From: Mobula hypostoma
Taxonomy: Eukaryota
NCBI RefSeq assembly: GCF_963921235.1
Contig: NC_086097.1
Span: 98,272,001 to 98,336,000 of the forward strand
DNA length: 64,000 bases
Reading direction: 5' to 3'
Position numbers and translations under genes: made by a program. Below the pieces are notes generated by a model that saw only the letters and a program-made list of their open reading frames with translations, made no database searches and had not been told where the DNA came from. Positions 1 through 13,703 of this stretch are shown piece after piece (position 1 is the first letter of the stretch; each line of letters opens with the position of its first letter).

Positions 1-1400
1 CCAAGTTCAGCTGTCGGTCTCTTTTAAATACACCAGTAATGGTTGCCGGATTTTTTCAAATTCCTTGAGTCTCCCTTGCAGAATTCTTAACTCTACCCAC
101 AAGGATTCTACCTCTTCCGATCCTATGTTACTCCAAGGATTTGATTTCATTTTTTATGAACAGAGCCATGCCACCGTCTCTGCCATCCTTTTGATACAAT
201 GTGTATCTTTGGACGTTATGCTTCCAGCTATTAACTTCCTTCAGTCACCAGTCAGTGATGCCCATGACATCATACCTGTCAATCTCTAACTGTGCTGCAA
301 GATCATCTACCTTATTCCGTCTGCGTGCATTCAAACCTAACACCTTCAGTCCTGTATCTGTCACCCTTTTACACTGCAACTCATCCCAGAGACTGCAATT
401 TTGCCCTATCATCTGCCTGTCTTTCCTGACAGTCTCACTACACACTGCCTCTGCATGTAAACTAACAGCCCTATCACTCCAGTTCCCATCTCTCTGCCAA
501 ATTAGTTTAAACCGTCCCCAGTAGTTCTAGCAAAATAGCCTGCAAGGATATTGGTCACTCTTGAATTCAGATGTAACCCATCCCTTTTGTACAGGTCAAA
601 CCTTCCCCAGAAGAGATCCCAATGATCCAGAAATCTGAACCCCTGCACCAGTTTCTCAGCCATGCATTTATCTGCCGAATCATCCTATTCTTACCCTTAA
701 TGGCGTGTGGCATTCTCTGCAATCCAGAGATTGCAACCCTGAAAGTCCTACTTTTCAGCTTTCTACCCAGCTCCCTAAATTCTCTCTGCAGGACCTTCTC
801 ACTTTTCCTACCCATATTATTGGTGCCAATATGTACCAAGACTTCTGGCTTCTCTCCCTCCATTGAACACATCCCTGACCCTGGCACCTGGGAGGCAACA
901 TACCATACGGAGGTCTCTATCGTGTCTATACTCTAATAATGGAATCCCTATCACTCCTGCAGTCCTCTTCTCCCCCATCCCTTCTGAGCCAAAACTCCAG
1001 ACAGTGCCCAAGATCCAGTTGTTGTGCTCTTCACCCGCCAACCCCACCAACCACAATAGGTTATCCCCCTCGACAGTATCAAAAACAGTATAAGTATTGA
1101 GGGGAACAGCCATAGGAGTACTCTGTACTGGCTGCCCATTTCCCCGCTTTCTCCTGAAACTCACCTAGTTACCTGCCTCCTGGAACTTGAGGGTGACTAA
1201 CCTCCTGTAGCTCCTATTACCTCCTCAGTTTCCCGTATGGTCCAAAGGTCTTCAAGCTGCAGCTTCCATTACTTTACATTTTCTCTGAGGAGCTGCAGCT
1301 CAGTGTATCTAATGCAGATGTTGTTCATCAGGGAGGCTGGAGGTCTCCCAGAATTCCCACATCTCACTCAAAGAACACAACACAGCCCCTGGAGCCATTT
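1..1400 (-). mobile_element. CR1 LINE 5' portion (ORF1 SGNH esterase and start of ORF2 endonuclease), decayed
   Basis: ORF fragments VLVHIGTNNMGRK...FRELGRKLKSRTFRVAISGL, MVCCLPGARVRDV and LNARRRNKVDDLAAQLEIDRYDVMGIT; multiple frameshifts. Confidence 0.9.
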
Positions 1401-2449
1401 ACTTACAGACAAAGAATGAAGGACATACCAGATACATACCTCGTCCAAGCCTTCTCGCTGAAGTCTGACAAGTCAAAGCCTCCCCACTCTAACACTAATA
1501 CTCCCCACTTTACTCCACCAAAGTCAGCTCTGCCCTCTTTATCTGCCCTTGCTAATGAATCACAACTGCACCACTGAAAAGAGCCAAAATCTCACAAAAG
1601 CTTCTTTTTCAAATCTCTTGCTCCTGTACCGGTGTGAAGCCTCCTGCGCCAATTCAACTGTGCTGCCAAAAAATACTCAATTGTCGCTTAAAGAACATTT
1701 GCTCTTCCATCTAGATATGGTGCAGCTTTCTGGGCTCAACTATCAACTCATTTTGTCTGCATCAGAACAGACCATTTCTACTACAACTTATCCATCTCCA
1801 ATTTTGTTTCATTGTTGCCTCTCGTTAGCAGAGCCTGACCTGCTGGATGTGTCCCACAACTCTGCATTTTGGAAGGTGTTCATTCCTTTGTTTTGTGTCT
1901 TCACCTGAACTGCCCTCATTTCATTGCGCTTGTTCACCTTGTCTCTAACTGCCAGTTAACCCACTGAGAGAAAGCTTGTATCATCTGTCCTGCTCTCACC
2001 TTATCAGTGATATTTTTCTCCTCACCAGACCTTCTCTGGAAATTGGAAACTACGCTTTCTCTCTCATATGTAACACAGAAGAAAATGTTGGCCACACTTA
2101 ACACGTCATAACCATTTGTGGTTAGCGAAACGTGAGCATTTCAGATCAAAAATCAGTTTAATGAAGAATCTTTGATTTGAAACATCAACTCTGCTTCTCT
2201 TTCCACAGACACTAATCTACAGAATTATAAACAGTATTTTCCTGTTTATATTTCCATTTTATGGATTTAACTCCCCACTGTCATCTATGGACTCCAGCAA
2301 ATGTGACTCGAGGAGCTTGGGATAGAAAAGTTGGCTAAATTTCAATGTCTGAATACTACTTGAGTCTTGATTAACCTGATATAAAACAAGCTACATATTT
2401 TGTTCAGGTAGTGTTAATGATTGCCTGTTGTTTATTTTTTTTATAACTT

Positions 2450-2685
2450 TATTCAGAGTTGCAGTACGGTAACAGGCCCTTCTGGCTCAATGAGCATGGG
2501 CCACTCAATTACACCCATGTGATCAACCCACAAGTCTTTGGCATGTGGGAAGAAACTGAAGGGAACCCACATGGTCACAGGGAAAATGTACAAACGTGGT
2601 TATGGGAAGAATAAATGACATGAATTGAACCCAGGTTGCTGATGCTGAAATAGTGTTACAATAACTAGTATGCTACTCTGTCACC
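2450..2685 (-). mobile_element. tRNA-derived V-SINE/HE1-like SINE
   Basis: B-box GGTTCAATTC on the minus strand plus V-domain-like TTTGTACATTTTCCCTGTGACCATGTGGGTT. Related decayed copies near 12880-13050, 17000-17160, 18220-18460, 25290-25920 and 27720-28030. Confidence 0.65.
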
Positions 2686-3031
2686 CATTATTGTGAGAAT
2701 AAAATATACGCAAATCAAAATATGACATATTAGAATAAAACATAATATATTCAATGATAACAGAATGCTGGAAAACCTTAGGCTATCAAGCATCAGTTAT
2801 GGAGAAAAATGAGTTGAGGAAAGATCATTAGTCAAATATTTCATGCATTTTTATTCTGCATTACCTGCAATATTTTGATTTTTGATTAAATTTCCTTAAA
2901 ATGTCCAATTGTCATCCACTTTGTACTTAGATATGCCTTCAACACCACTTGTCAACAATCCCCACACTTCATGGTATAGAGTGATGTTTTTTGACAGCAT
3001 TGAACAGTTTATTCTGACTACTGCCAGGTAC

Positions 3032-3175
3032 CTTGAGAACAGCTGCACTGTGCTGCAAGAATCGGATTTTTCTTGGCGGGAGGCCGAGATGACAGACCAG
3101 ACATTCTCCCAAAGTACTGACGTGGCTGGGAAGAAGGCCTCCTGTCTCTGTGGAGAACTGCAGAACATCGGCAAC
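3032..3175 (-). CDS. EXD1: EXD1 coding exon (144 nt)
   Basis: taatatgcag|...AAG|gtacct. Translates VADVLQFSTETGGLLPSHVSTLGECLVCHLGLPPRKIRFLQHSAAVLK, similar to VADVLQFSMETGGYLPNCITTLQESLIKHL. Confidence 0.94.
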
Positions 3176-4299
3176 CTGCATATTACAAAATAAATCCATA
3201 ATGTTAAAGTTCAGTATAGCTAAAAGGTACGCCAAATAACTAATCACTAGTCAGAACTGGCACAAAATCCTCTAAACTCATTTGGAGGTGGATCAGCAGG
3301 GAAAGGGTAGGTTAGAAAGTTATAAGCCACAAAATCCACATAGCTCAACTCACTCAATCCATGTCAGCTGAGGCAAGAGTGTACAGAAAGGAAATAACTA
3401 TGTTATTACTGGAGTTGTGAACCATAAAGTCTACTAATCACTAAAGAAAGCTGGGTAAGTACGTTTTAAGCACCGTTCATATATAATTTCTCCCATCAGC
3501 AGAGGTTCACAGTGGTCAACAGGATCTCTTGTGTATTCTACCTATTTCATACATCTCAGCCTTTCCTCATCCCTCAAGTCCTGAACTTCTGGCTTTTGGA
3601 GTTGTAGACATTTTATCAGATCATAGTGCTGTAGTGAGGCACAGGTGAAAGAAACAAAACATGGATTCTCTGGTAATGTCATCCCTCAAGATTATAATTT
3701 AAAATCTAAGTTAGCAAGCTGTCTTTCCACCACAGTTGTCCTTACTTTTCACTTTCCTGTGTGCATGAATCTCCACCTGGACACATCATTCTTTTCTATT
3801 CAAATGTCTTGCTCAATTGTCTGCAAGACAACAAATTCATTGTTCCTGTCTCACCCATTTTTTTGGGGTGTTTCCCAAAATATAACAACCTTTTACTTCC
3901 TGTTTGGTTCCTTTCCTGAAAAATCATGTGTCTGTTGCGGTGCTGATTACCCCACATTTCACCTGTGAGATTATAAATTTGTTCAATGTTCCATATAACA
4001 TCAAGATTTTTACTTAAACCAATGGGTCACAAATCTTCAGAAACTGCATTGATGAGACTGAGAATGAGTCTGAATGAATCAAACTCAGTGTAATTTCGTT
4101 TTCAGTTTTTGAATGCTTCTGGGACTGGAATCAAAAACCCCTTAATGATTGAATTCCAACAATAAAAAGGAAAGAACAATATGGACATCAGCCAATAAAC
4201 ATTTCACAATGTTACAAGACAGTTCAAAAGAAAAGAAAATAAAATTCCTTTATCACACACATAATCTGGTGTTCATATTAAAGTTGATTTTTAAAACTT

Positions 4300-4720
4300 A
4301 TCTACTCATTTGTTTCAGGATCTGGGTGCTGCTGGTTGGGAAAGCATTTGTCTCCTTCCCTAATTACCCATGAAAAGCTGGCAGTGAGCCACTTCCTTTT
4401 GAACCACTGAAGTCCTTTAGGGTACTGTGGAATGGTGTTCCAGAATTAAAACTCAATGGCAATGAAGGACCAACTCCATAGGATGCTGAGCAATTTGGAG
4501 GAGAACATACAGGTGGTGGTGTCCTCATGTACACATGGGTCTTAGAGGTACAGTGGGCAGTGCTGTCAGAGCAGCCTGGGTGTGTAAATGCAATACATTT
4601 TGTACTTGGTACATACTGCAGTCACTGTGTCCCAGTGCTGGAGGGAATGAACATTTAGGGTGATAGATGAAATATCAATTAAGTTGGCCTTTCTTTTAAT
4701 CCTGGATGGCGATGAGCTTT
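4300..4720 (-). mobile_element. Old CR1/L2-group LINE 3' fragment
   Basis: LNVHSLQHWDTVTAVCTKYKMYCIYTPRLL C-terminal motif, shared with the copy at ~50880-52570. Confidence 0.55.
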
Positions 4721-5749
4721 TGATACAACTTTCTGTAATGCTGGGCATTCCCCTTGATCTCATGGAAGTACTGCAGACAGTAGTAAAGAATATAATTTAA
4801 AAAATAAGCTCACTAAAACCAAAGTTTTATGTTCAGAAAATATCAGAATGATTATTTCATGTTTTTCACAAACAACACTAACCACTCTGGACAGGAAGCT
4901 TGGAAGGACATATGAATCACTTTTTTCTAAGACAGTCTAACTTGGCAGCTGTTTTAAAGCACAACTGATTAATAAAGTTGTCACATTCAGCTGACATTTT
5001 AAATGAACTGAAACTTAAGTCACCAGAAAAAGGCATTGATTTGTTCCATTACGGAAATGATACTAAACTAATGGTGGTAACCGAATTGAAAAATTAAAGA
5101 AGTCATTACATTCCCAATACTTTGAAGACACCAGTAGCATGGCATCAGGAAAAAGAGAGAAACTAAATAAATGGTGCAGTAACATCTCACTGTTTTTCTT
5201 GACAATTTCAGTTGCTACTTCAATAAGGATGGAAAACTTAAAGAAAATAAACCACTGGATGAAAGATCCTTGCTGCAAATACCTTGAATCAATAACGGAG
5301 CTAAACTTCATGCATGATTTGCAATTCACCTGGGAGAGCACAATGATGATACGCCACAAGCTGTTGTTTGGAAACGTATTGGATCAGTGTTCTGAAAAAC
5401 GTTTCCTTCTAAATAAGTCAAGTGTTCTGCTGTAGGTTGTTGGATACAGTAACAAATACAAACTAGGACTTCTGCTTGTAGCAAAGTTACACATAAACAA
5501 AATAAATCAATGTATCAATTCACAATACACAGTGATATATGCATCATGTGAACCAAAATGGAAAAAAGCATGAATGCCAGGAAGGTTCACTTAAATAACA
5601 CAGAAACTCAATACGATCAGCCTTTATATTGCATTCAAAAGCTTTATTTAAGTAACATCAAGTATAATATTCATTGCTAAAGTGAAGTGGTTAAAGCAGG
5701 CAGAGATGAGAACAGAAATAAATCCAGAACACCTCTCACTGCTACAGAA

Positions 5750-8700
5750 TGTAGAAAACTGAAAACATGAAACAGTACAGCACGTGGTCCTTTGGCCCAC
5801 AATACTGTATGGATCTACAGAATATCTACTCCATGGTCAACCTAACCCTTTCTTCCTGTACAACCTATAATCTTTCATTTTTCTTACATTTTCTGTGTGC
5901 TTATCCAAGAGGCTCTTAAATGTCCCTATCACTATCCCAACCATGTGTATAGACACCTACCACTGTGTAAAATACCTAATTCTGACATCTCCCCTAAACT
6001 TCCCTCTACTCACAACAACCAATTCTCTGGTATTGGCCATTGCCACCCTGGGAAAAAGGCACTGGCTTTCCACTCCCTCTGTGCCTCTCAATCTTATAAC
6101 ATGTCAATCAAGCCACTTCTCATCCTCCTCCATTCCAAAGAAAAAAGCCCCAGCTCACTCAACTGTTCCTCATAAGACACACTCTCTAATTCAGGTAGCA
6201 TCCTAGTAAGTCTCCTCTGAACCCTCTCTAAAGCTTCCACATCCTTCCTATAATGAGGTGACCAGAACTGAACACAATATTCTAGGTGTGCTCTAATCAG
6301 TTTTATACAGCTGCAACGATACCTCATGGCTTTTTAACTCAATCCCTGGTTTAATAATGTGAAAGCACATAGCACCCAGCTCAAGGATAGAAGCTCTGGG
6401 AACTCTTGTACGATAAGATGGACTCTTGGCCTCACACTCTACCTATGATTTTGCACTTTATCAATTAAAACAGAGATGAGGAGGAATTGCTTTAGCCAGA
6501 GGGTAGTGAATCTGTAGAATTAATTGCTACAGATGGCTGTGTGGAGGCCAAGTCACCAAATATATTTAAAATGGAGGTTGATGGGTACTTGATTAGTAAG
6601 GGTGTCAAAGGTTATGGACAGAATGCAGGAGAATGGGGTTGAGGGCACTAATAAACTAGCCATGATAGAATGGTGGAACAGACTGGATAGACTGAATGGC
6701 CTAATTCAGCTCCTACGTCTCATGGTCTTTATCACTGCATTTTATTCTGCACTGTTATGGTTTTACTTTATTATAGCTCAATATTCTCATATTATGTAAT
6801 GACTTTATCTGTAAAAACATTATGTAATACAAGCTTTTCACTGTATCTTGGTACGTGACAATAATAAACCAATATGCCTTCTTAACTACTCGACCAAATT
6901 CTGCAGCAATTTTGAATTATCTATGGATGTGGATCCCGAGATCCCTCTGTTCTTCCAACTGGTAAGAATTCTGCCAATAACCTTTTACTCTGCCTTTAAG
7001 TTGAATCTTTCCAAAATTTATGACTTGACACTTTTCCGGATTAAACTCTATCTGCCACTTCTCTGCCCAACTCTGCATCCTGTCTATAATCCCGTGGTAA
7101 CCCATCACAACCTTCTACTGCACCCTTAACACCACCAACCTTTGTGCCATCTACAAACTTGCTAACCTATTCACCTTTTCACTTCCACACCCAGGTCATT
7201 TATTAAAAAAAAAACAGAAAAAATAACGGTCCTCAAACAGATCCTTGCAGAACCACTAGTCACTAAACTCCAGGCTGAATACACTCCAACTACAACCACT
7301 CACTGCCTTCTGTGGGCAAAGCAGTTCTAAATCTTCACAGCCAAATTTCCATGTATCCATTGCCATACGACTTTGTGGATGTAACTTCCTTGGAGAAGCT
7401 AGTCAAGCATCTTACTAAAATCAATACACATCACACCCACCACCCCATCTTCATCAATTTACTTTGTCACCTCTTCTTCTCAAATACTCAATTAGACTCA
7501 TGAGGCATGACTTGTCTCTCTCAAGGCTATGCTGACTATTCCAAGCAAGACCATGCTTTAAATGTAGTAATCCAGGGTAAATCTTGTCTGGCTCCAGTGA
7601 ATTATCTAGCCTAACGCTATTCAGAAGCTCTAAAATTGCCTCTATCATAATCTTGACATGCTCCAGCACATTGGTCTGTTCTACGCTTACTGACATTCAA
7701 AGTCCCTATGCCTGGTGAACACTAAGGACCTCCTCTATCTTTTCTGCCTCCAGGCACGTTTCCCCCATTATCTCTGTTTGGATCTATACTCACTCTGGGC
7801 ATTACCCTGTTCCTCACAGATGTGAAGAATGCCTTGGGATTTTCATTCATCCTACTTGGCAAGGCCTTCTCATGTTCCTTTTTTGATATTCCCAAATCCC
7901 TTTTTAAGTTTCTACCTGGCTAAATTGTAACTCTGTGGAGCCCTGTCTGATCCTTGTTTCCTAATCCTTGAGGTATGCTTCCTCCTTCCTCTTGAGATTG
8001 TTCCACATCTCATCAACTACGGTTCCTTCACCCTACTACTCTTTCCCCATTTCAGTGGGAGAAACCTATCCAGGACCCCATGCAAGTGGTCAACCTCCAC
8101 ATTTCTGCTGTACATTTCTCTAACAACAACTCTTCCCAATTTACACTCAAAGAGTTCCTGCCTAATAGCACAATTAGTCTTATCCTAATTAAATACTTTC
8201 CTATATTGTCTGTTCCTATCCTTGTCCACGGCTATCTTAACTATCAAGGAGTTGTGGTCACTATAAAATGCTCTCCCACCGAGATGTCACCTGACCAGGT
8301 TCATTATCAAGTACTAGATCCAGTATGACCTCTGCTCCAGTTGGTCTGTCCACATTCTGTGTCAGGAATCCTTTCCTGACACACGAAACAGCCTCTACCC
8401 TTTATAAAACTTTTATTCCAAGGTGGTGCCAATCTACCCATGACAATAACCTTGTTATTTTTAAACCTTTCCAAAATCTGATTACTTAAGTGCTCCTCAG
8501 TGTCCCCAGTGATTTTTTTTTTGGGGGCCTACAGAATATTCTCAATAAAGTGATCGCTTCTTACCTGTTTCTGACTTGCGCCCACACTGACTCAGCAGAT
8601 ACTCCCTCCATGATATCCTTCTTTTCTTCAGTGGTGATGCTGTCCCAGAATAGCAATGCCATTTCCCCACCTCCTATCTCCCTATCACTTTGAAACGTCT

Positions 8701-9040
8701 AAATGCCATCTAAAGGCCAATCCTACCCATGTAATAGCCAAGTTTCTGTAATTGCATAATTTCATGTACTGATCTATGCTCAAAGTTCATCACCCTTGTT
8801 CTTCTTGCGTGAAGCTAAGCACATTTCAACCCATCCAGCTCACTGCATTAACACCCTCTCCACTGCTTCTCCTTCCTCAGAGTTCCTCTGCACATTACAT
8901 CCACCCTTACACCAACTGCTCCATCATCTGATCTCAAACTCTGGTTTGCATCACTCTGCCAACGTAATTTAAACCCTCACCAACAGCTCTAACAAACCTG
9001 CTTGCAAGGTCATTGATGTAACCACATCCCTTATGTACAG
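5750..9040 (-). mobile_element. Decayed CR1 LINE ORF2, interrupted at ~6340-6880 by younger retroelement tails
   Basis: [28 protein letters not shown] and IDRMQSWAEKWQIEFNPEKC fragments. A plus-strand CR1 3' tail is nested at ~6465-6730. Confidence 0.85.
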
Positions 9041-9815
9041 AGGGACGTGTCCTTAGATTGTCATCCTCTGCATTCCCCACTTTCATCTCTAATTTTAATA
9101 CAACTCAGATTTTATATCTTTGAGCTGAAGGTTATTTGTTCAGTTTGAGCTGTTGCTTGCCTCCTATTGCTCACAGGTCCCTTCTTGTGCTCACCAGGGT
9201 TCTGAATTCAATTTGGTCTATGATGTCCACTTCGTCTTCAGTTTTTCTTCTAAACTTGTTTTGTGCTGTTGGTGTTGCTCAGAAGCAACTGTAGCCTAAC
9301 TTCAACAGCTTCCCCCCACCTGCCACTGAGAGGATCACCTGCCTTTTTGAACTGTTATAGTTCTTCTGCGGAACTGCTCCCACAGTGCAATAAAAAAAAT
9401 AATTCTTTTTAGAAGTACTCAACAGCGACAAATACTACAAAGTTCATTGAGGACTCACTTGGCTTTCCTTGTTTTCAGCTATGCTATCTTTTGGTGGCAT
9501 TTTCCACTGACAGGAGGTCAGCTTTCAGTCATAAATTAACTTTTACATATACTGTCATGACCTTTATCCCTTCCAAGTATGTTCAGTCTGCTGGATCCAT
9601 GCACATTGTACTCTTATATTCACTCATTTTCACCTTGAATTTCTTGCCTTTTTATTGCAGCCATTAGCTGACTAACCAGCTTTTCCCTTGGTAAGGTGTC
9701 ACAATAATAAAAATAATCTAGAACACAACACTAATTTAGTATAATGGAGGATGTCTGCAAGCAGCACAATTCAAGACAAGATGCTGGTTATGATTCAAAC
9801 CAAAGTTCACCTTAC

Positions 9816-9896
9816 CTGCGTATCAAACACATTGGTGAGGTCCACCCTATATTGGTGATACAGGCAGTCAGAGAGCAAGCGACTATCATGGATCAC
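9816..9896 (-). CDS. EXD1: EXD1 coding exon (81 nt), ExoII region
   Basis: tgattcag|...|gtaagg. Translates VIHDSRLLSDCLYHQYRVDLTNVFDTQ, similar to VIHDCRWLSDCLSHQYGILLNNVFDTQ. Confidence 0.96.
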
Positions 9897-10429
9897 CTGA
9901 ATCATATAAAAACATTAAACGTTATCTTAACTACTATGAAATACACAACGAAAATAACCTGGATTTAAGTACGCAGCTCCTTAAATGCACTTCAAGGCAT
10001 AATTTATGACAAGACTGTAGCCTTATATTTGATAGCTCTCCCAGATGAGCTTATTGCAAACCTTTTATTAAAATCCAAATAGGTCCTTTAATAGTGATGA
10101 TATAAACTATGCAATTCCCAGTGGTTTCATTGGTTAATGCAGTATTTATCAATTTAAATCACTTGCTTAAAGCAGGATGTTGGTGGAGTTGAATGCAAGA
10201 GTGATTAAAATGAAACGGTTCAAAGAGGGCAGTAGATAGAGTTTAGCATAAAGCCTACACAGCTGAAAGAGACAGGCATAATCAACCTCTGAATTTTGAC
10301 ATTTCAATGAAATCATTTTTCATTCTTCTAAACTCAATATAGGGATCAGCCACTCCACACAAGACAATACTCTACTGCAGGTATCAGTCTGTTGAATTTT
10401 ACACACTCACTACAAGGCAGAAATAAAGC

Positions 10430-10920
10430 AGGTCTTTTTATACCACTAAAGACTCCAGCCAATTTCTACAATGTACCGTGGGGACCATTCTAACCAGCTG
10501 TATCACAACCCGGTTTGGAGGGGTCACTGCACAGGATCTGAGAAAGTTGAAGAGGGCTGTAAATTTAACCAATGGGCATTAGCCTTCTCACTATCGAGAA
10601 CATCTTCAAAAGACAATGACTTATTAAGGACCCTCATCATCCAGGACATGCTCTCTACTCATTACCATCATCAGGGAAGTCCAGGAGCCTGAAGACATAC
10701 ACTGAATGTTTTAGGAATAACTCCTTCTCTTCTGCCTTTAGATTCTGAACAGACAATGAACCAATCCATGAAGACTACCTCACTATTTTTCCCCTTTTTG
10801 CACCACTTAATAGTTAAATACATATTTTTATTTTATTAATATTTTATGTATTACATTGTACTGCTGCCACAAAACAAATTTCACAACATACATCAGTAAT
10901 AATAAAGCTGATTCTGATAT
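10430..10920 (+). mobile_element. Rex1/Babar LINE 3' fragment
   Basis: AATTTCTACAATGTACCGTGGGGACCATTCTAACCAGCTGTATCACA (NFYxCTVxxILTSCIT motif) and a tail ending ctgattctga. A minus-strand tail of the same group is at ~11105-11550. Confidence 0.75.
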
Positions 10921-11549
10921 CTTTTAAGTAATAAACCCAAGATAGCAAGCACTCCAGATGTGATATTGTTAAATCCAAAATATTAATGAAATTATACTAC
11001 TTGTGTTCCAATATTCTGTATTAAAGGTCAACATCACCAGCTTTAATTGCATTGACAAATACATTGGAGCTGCTACCAGTACTTGTTCCAAACTTGTCAA
11101 TTTTAAAGTTCAAAGTAAATTTATTATCAAAGTACATATGTCACCATATGTAACTCTGAGATTCATTTTCTTGAAGGCATACTCAAATCCATAATAGAAT
11201 AAAGATAACAGAATCAATGAAAGACCACACCAACATGGGCGTTCAACCAGTATGCAAAAGACAAATTACACAAATACAAAAATAAAAATAATAATAAATA
11301 ATCAATAAATATCAAAAAAAATTTAGATGAAAAGTCCTTGAAAACGAGTCCACAGGTTGTGGGAACATTTCAATGTTGGGGCAGGTGAAGTTGAGTTAAG
11401 TTATCCTCTTTGGTTCAAGAGCCTGATGGTTGAAGGATAGCAACTGTCCCTGAACCAGGTGGTGCAAGCCCTGAGGTTCCAGCACCTTCTTCCTGATGGC
11501 AGCAATGAGAAGAGAGCATGTCCTGGGTGATGGAGGTCCCTGACACTGA

Positions 11550-12760
11550 TTATCACTTCTGTCCTCAAATTCACCTGGACTATCTCTGACACTTCCTTTT
11601 CTGGATCATTCTGTCTTCTTCTCATGGAGCACCCTTGCCACTTACAGTTTCAAAAAAAAAACCCTGCAACTCCCAGTGTTAACTCCATTATGGATACAAT
11701 TCCTTTGTGTCAATTTCTCCATCTCTGTTGCACTTGTTCTCAAGACTCTTGCCTGAAGGTTTCAGAAATGTCCACTTACATCTGTAAAAATAGCTTTCTC
11801 TTTCCTACAGTTGATGGAGCCCTCTCACACATTTTCTCCATTCCCTGCATATCTTGTCTCATCATCCACCTCCTTTTCAGCTAGAACAAGAATCCTTTGC
11901 TTCTTAACTTTCATCCCCACTAGTTTCTGCATCGAACACATCTTCCACAATTTCCATGAGTTCCCAAACTGATCCCATGACCAGCAACAGCTTCCCTCTT
12001 CCTTTCTTTCTGCTTTCCTCATGGATCACTTTCCTCAGTCTGCTAATCCCTCCCTACCCATGCCCCCACTTCCCTTTCAACCACAACAGCTGTAACTGTC
12101 CCTTCACCTCCTCCATCACCATCATCCAGGTATGTAAAAAGCCCTTATAAGTGAGGCAGAGGTTAACCTGCAACCAGTGGCCTTCTCTACATTGGTAAAA
12201 CCAAGCATAGACTAGGTGAAGGTTTTGCAGAGCACTATATCCTGTCCACCAAGACAGTCTTGAGCGTCAAGTTCTGTTGTTAATTCTCCTTCCCACTCTT
12301 GCACTAATGTGTCTATCCTCAGCCTTCCCCACTGCTACAGAGGCCAAAGGCAAATCGGAACATCTCACATTCCATGGGTAGTGTACAACCCAACTATAGG
12401 AACTTAGATGTTCAAATTTCAGGTAACCTGCATTCTTGGTGCTCTCCTCCCTTTCTTACTTACCTGTCTGCCTAGATTTCTTCTCCAATTCCCCAGCGTA
12501 CACATGGTTTGATTTGTTCTTCATCCACATCCCATCTGTTTCCACCTAACAACCTGTAAGCATCTATTCCTCTTCCCCCACACCCCACTTTCTGGTTACA
12601 TCACTTACCAGCTTAGACCTCATCCCTACTACACTGAATATGCCACCATTATTTCCTCTTCCCTTTTAATCCTGATGGAGGGTCATGATTTGAAACATTA
12701 ACTTACCATGATTGACCTGCTGAGCTTTTCAAGTGTTCCAAATCTGTAGTCTTGTTTTCA
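11550..12760 (+). mobile_element. Penelope-like element remnant (RT thumb, GIY-YIG endonuclease, pLTR)
   Basis: IPLCQFLHLCCTCSQD (cf. IPFSQFLRLRRICS) near 11700 and GLLYIGKTKHRLGEGFAEH at ~12179-12235. A degenerate hammerhead-like CTGATGGAGGGTCATGATTTGAAACATT lies at ~12672-12699. Confidence 0.75.
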
Positions 12761-13703
12761 TTATTTCTAACTTCTTGCTGTGCTTGGATATTAACTGTGT
12801 ATTATTCACAAATCAGTACCGCTTGATACATTACCACTTACAAATAAATCTGTTTCTATGCTTTCATCACCTTTATTTTAGAGACAGTACAGCAACAGGC
12901 CTTCCTAGCCCAACAAGCATACACTACACAATTACACCCATGTGACTAACTAACCTGTACATCTTTGGACTGTGGGAGGAAACTGGAACACCCAGAGGAA
13001 ACCAATGCAGTCACCGGGAGAACGTACAAACTCCTTACAGACAGCAGCATTATTTACATCTTTGATGCTATGGACAGTCCAGCTAACTTCTTCAAATCCT
13101 TTTGTAGCTTCCTCATTGATTAGTTTTCCCTTAATTTGTGCAGAAAACTGACACATTATACTCGGATCCCTGAATTATGTTACGAATATGCAAATAGGTG
13201 AGATTCCAAGCGTTGACTCTTACAATAGCTCAATTGTTACACAACAACAGTGTGTTTTTTCTTTGAATCAGTTTGCCAATTCTCAACATGCCCTAATTTC
13301 AAAATAACCTTCAAAGGCATCTGATTAAAATGGAGATCCAATTATTCTACTTTTATTGGCTGCCCTATTACTTAAGTTCTCCAAAATCTACTGCAAAATA
13401 AGTAGATGTTTGTTTGTTATGTGCTGTGTTGTATGATGTGGGCGATCATGGTCTTTCCTGGACCATGATTGTTCTTGGCAATTCTATTTATTTATTTGTT
13501 TGTTTTTTTAAAAAAGATACGCTTTGCCATTGCCTTCCTCTGGGCAGTGTCTTTACAAGATGGGTGACCCCAGCCATTATCAATACTCTTCACAGATTGT
13601 TTGCCCAGTGTCAGTGGTTGCATAACCAGGGCTTGTGATATGCACCAGCTGCTCACACAACCATCCCCCACCTACTTCACGTGACCCTGATGGTGGGTTA
13701 AGC

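Noticed and set aside
5329..5410. Exon-like segment on the minus strand ending CAG|gtgaat
   Set aside because: The flanking EXD1 exons join directly (FDTQ|VADV) as in orthologues, and no frame resembles EXD1.
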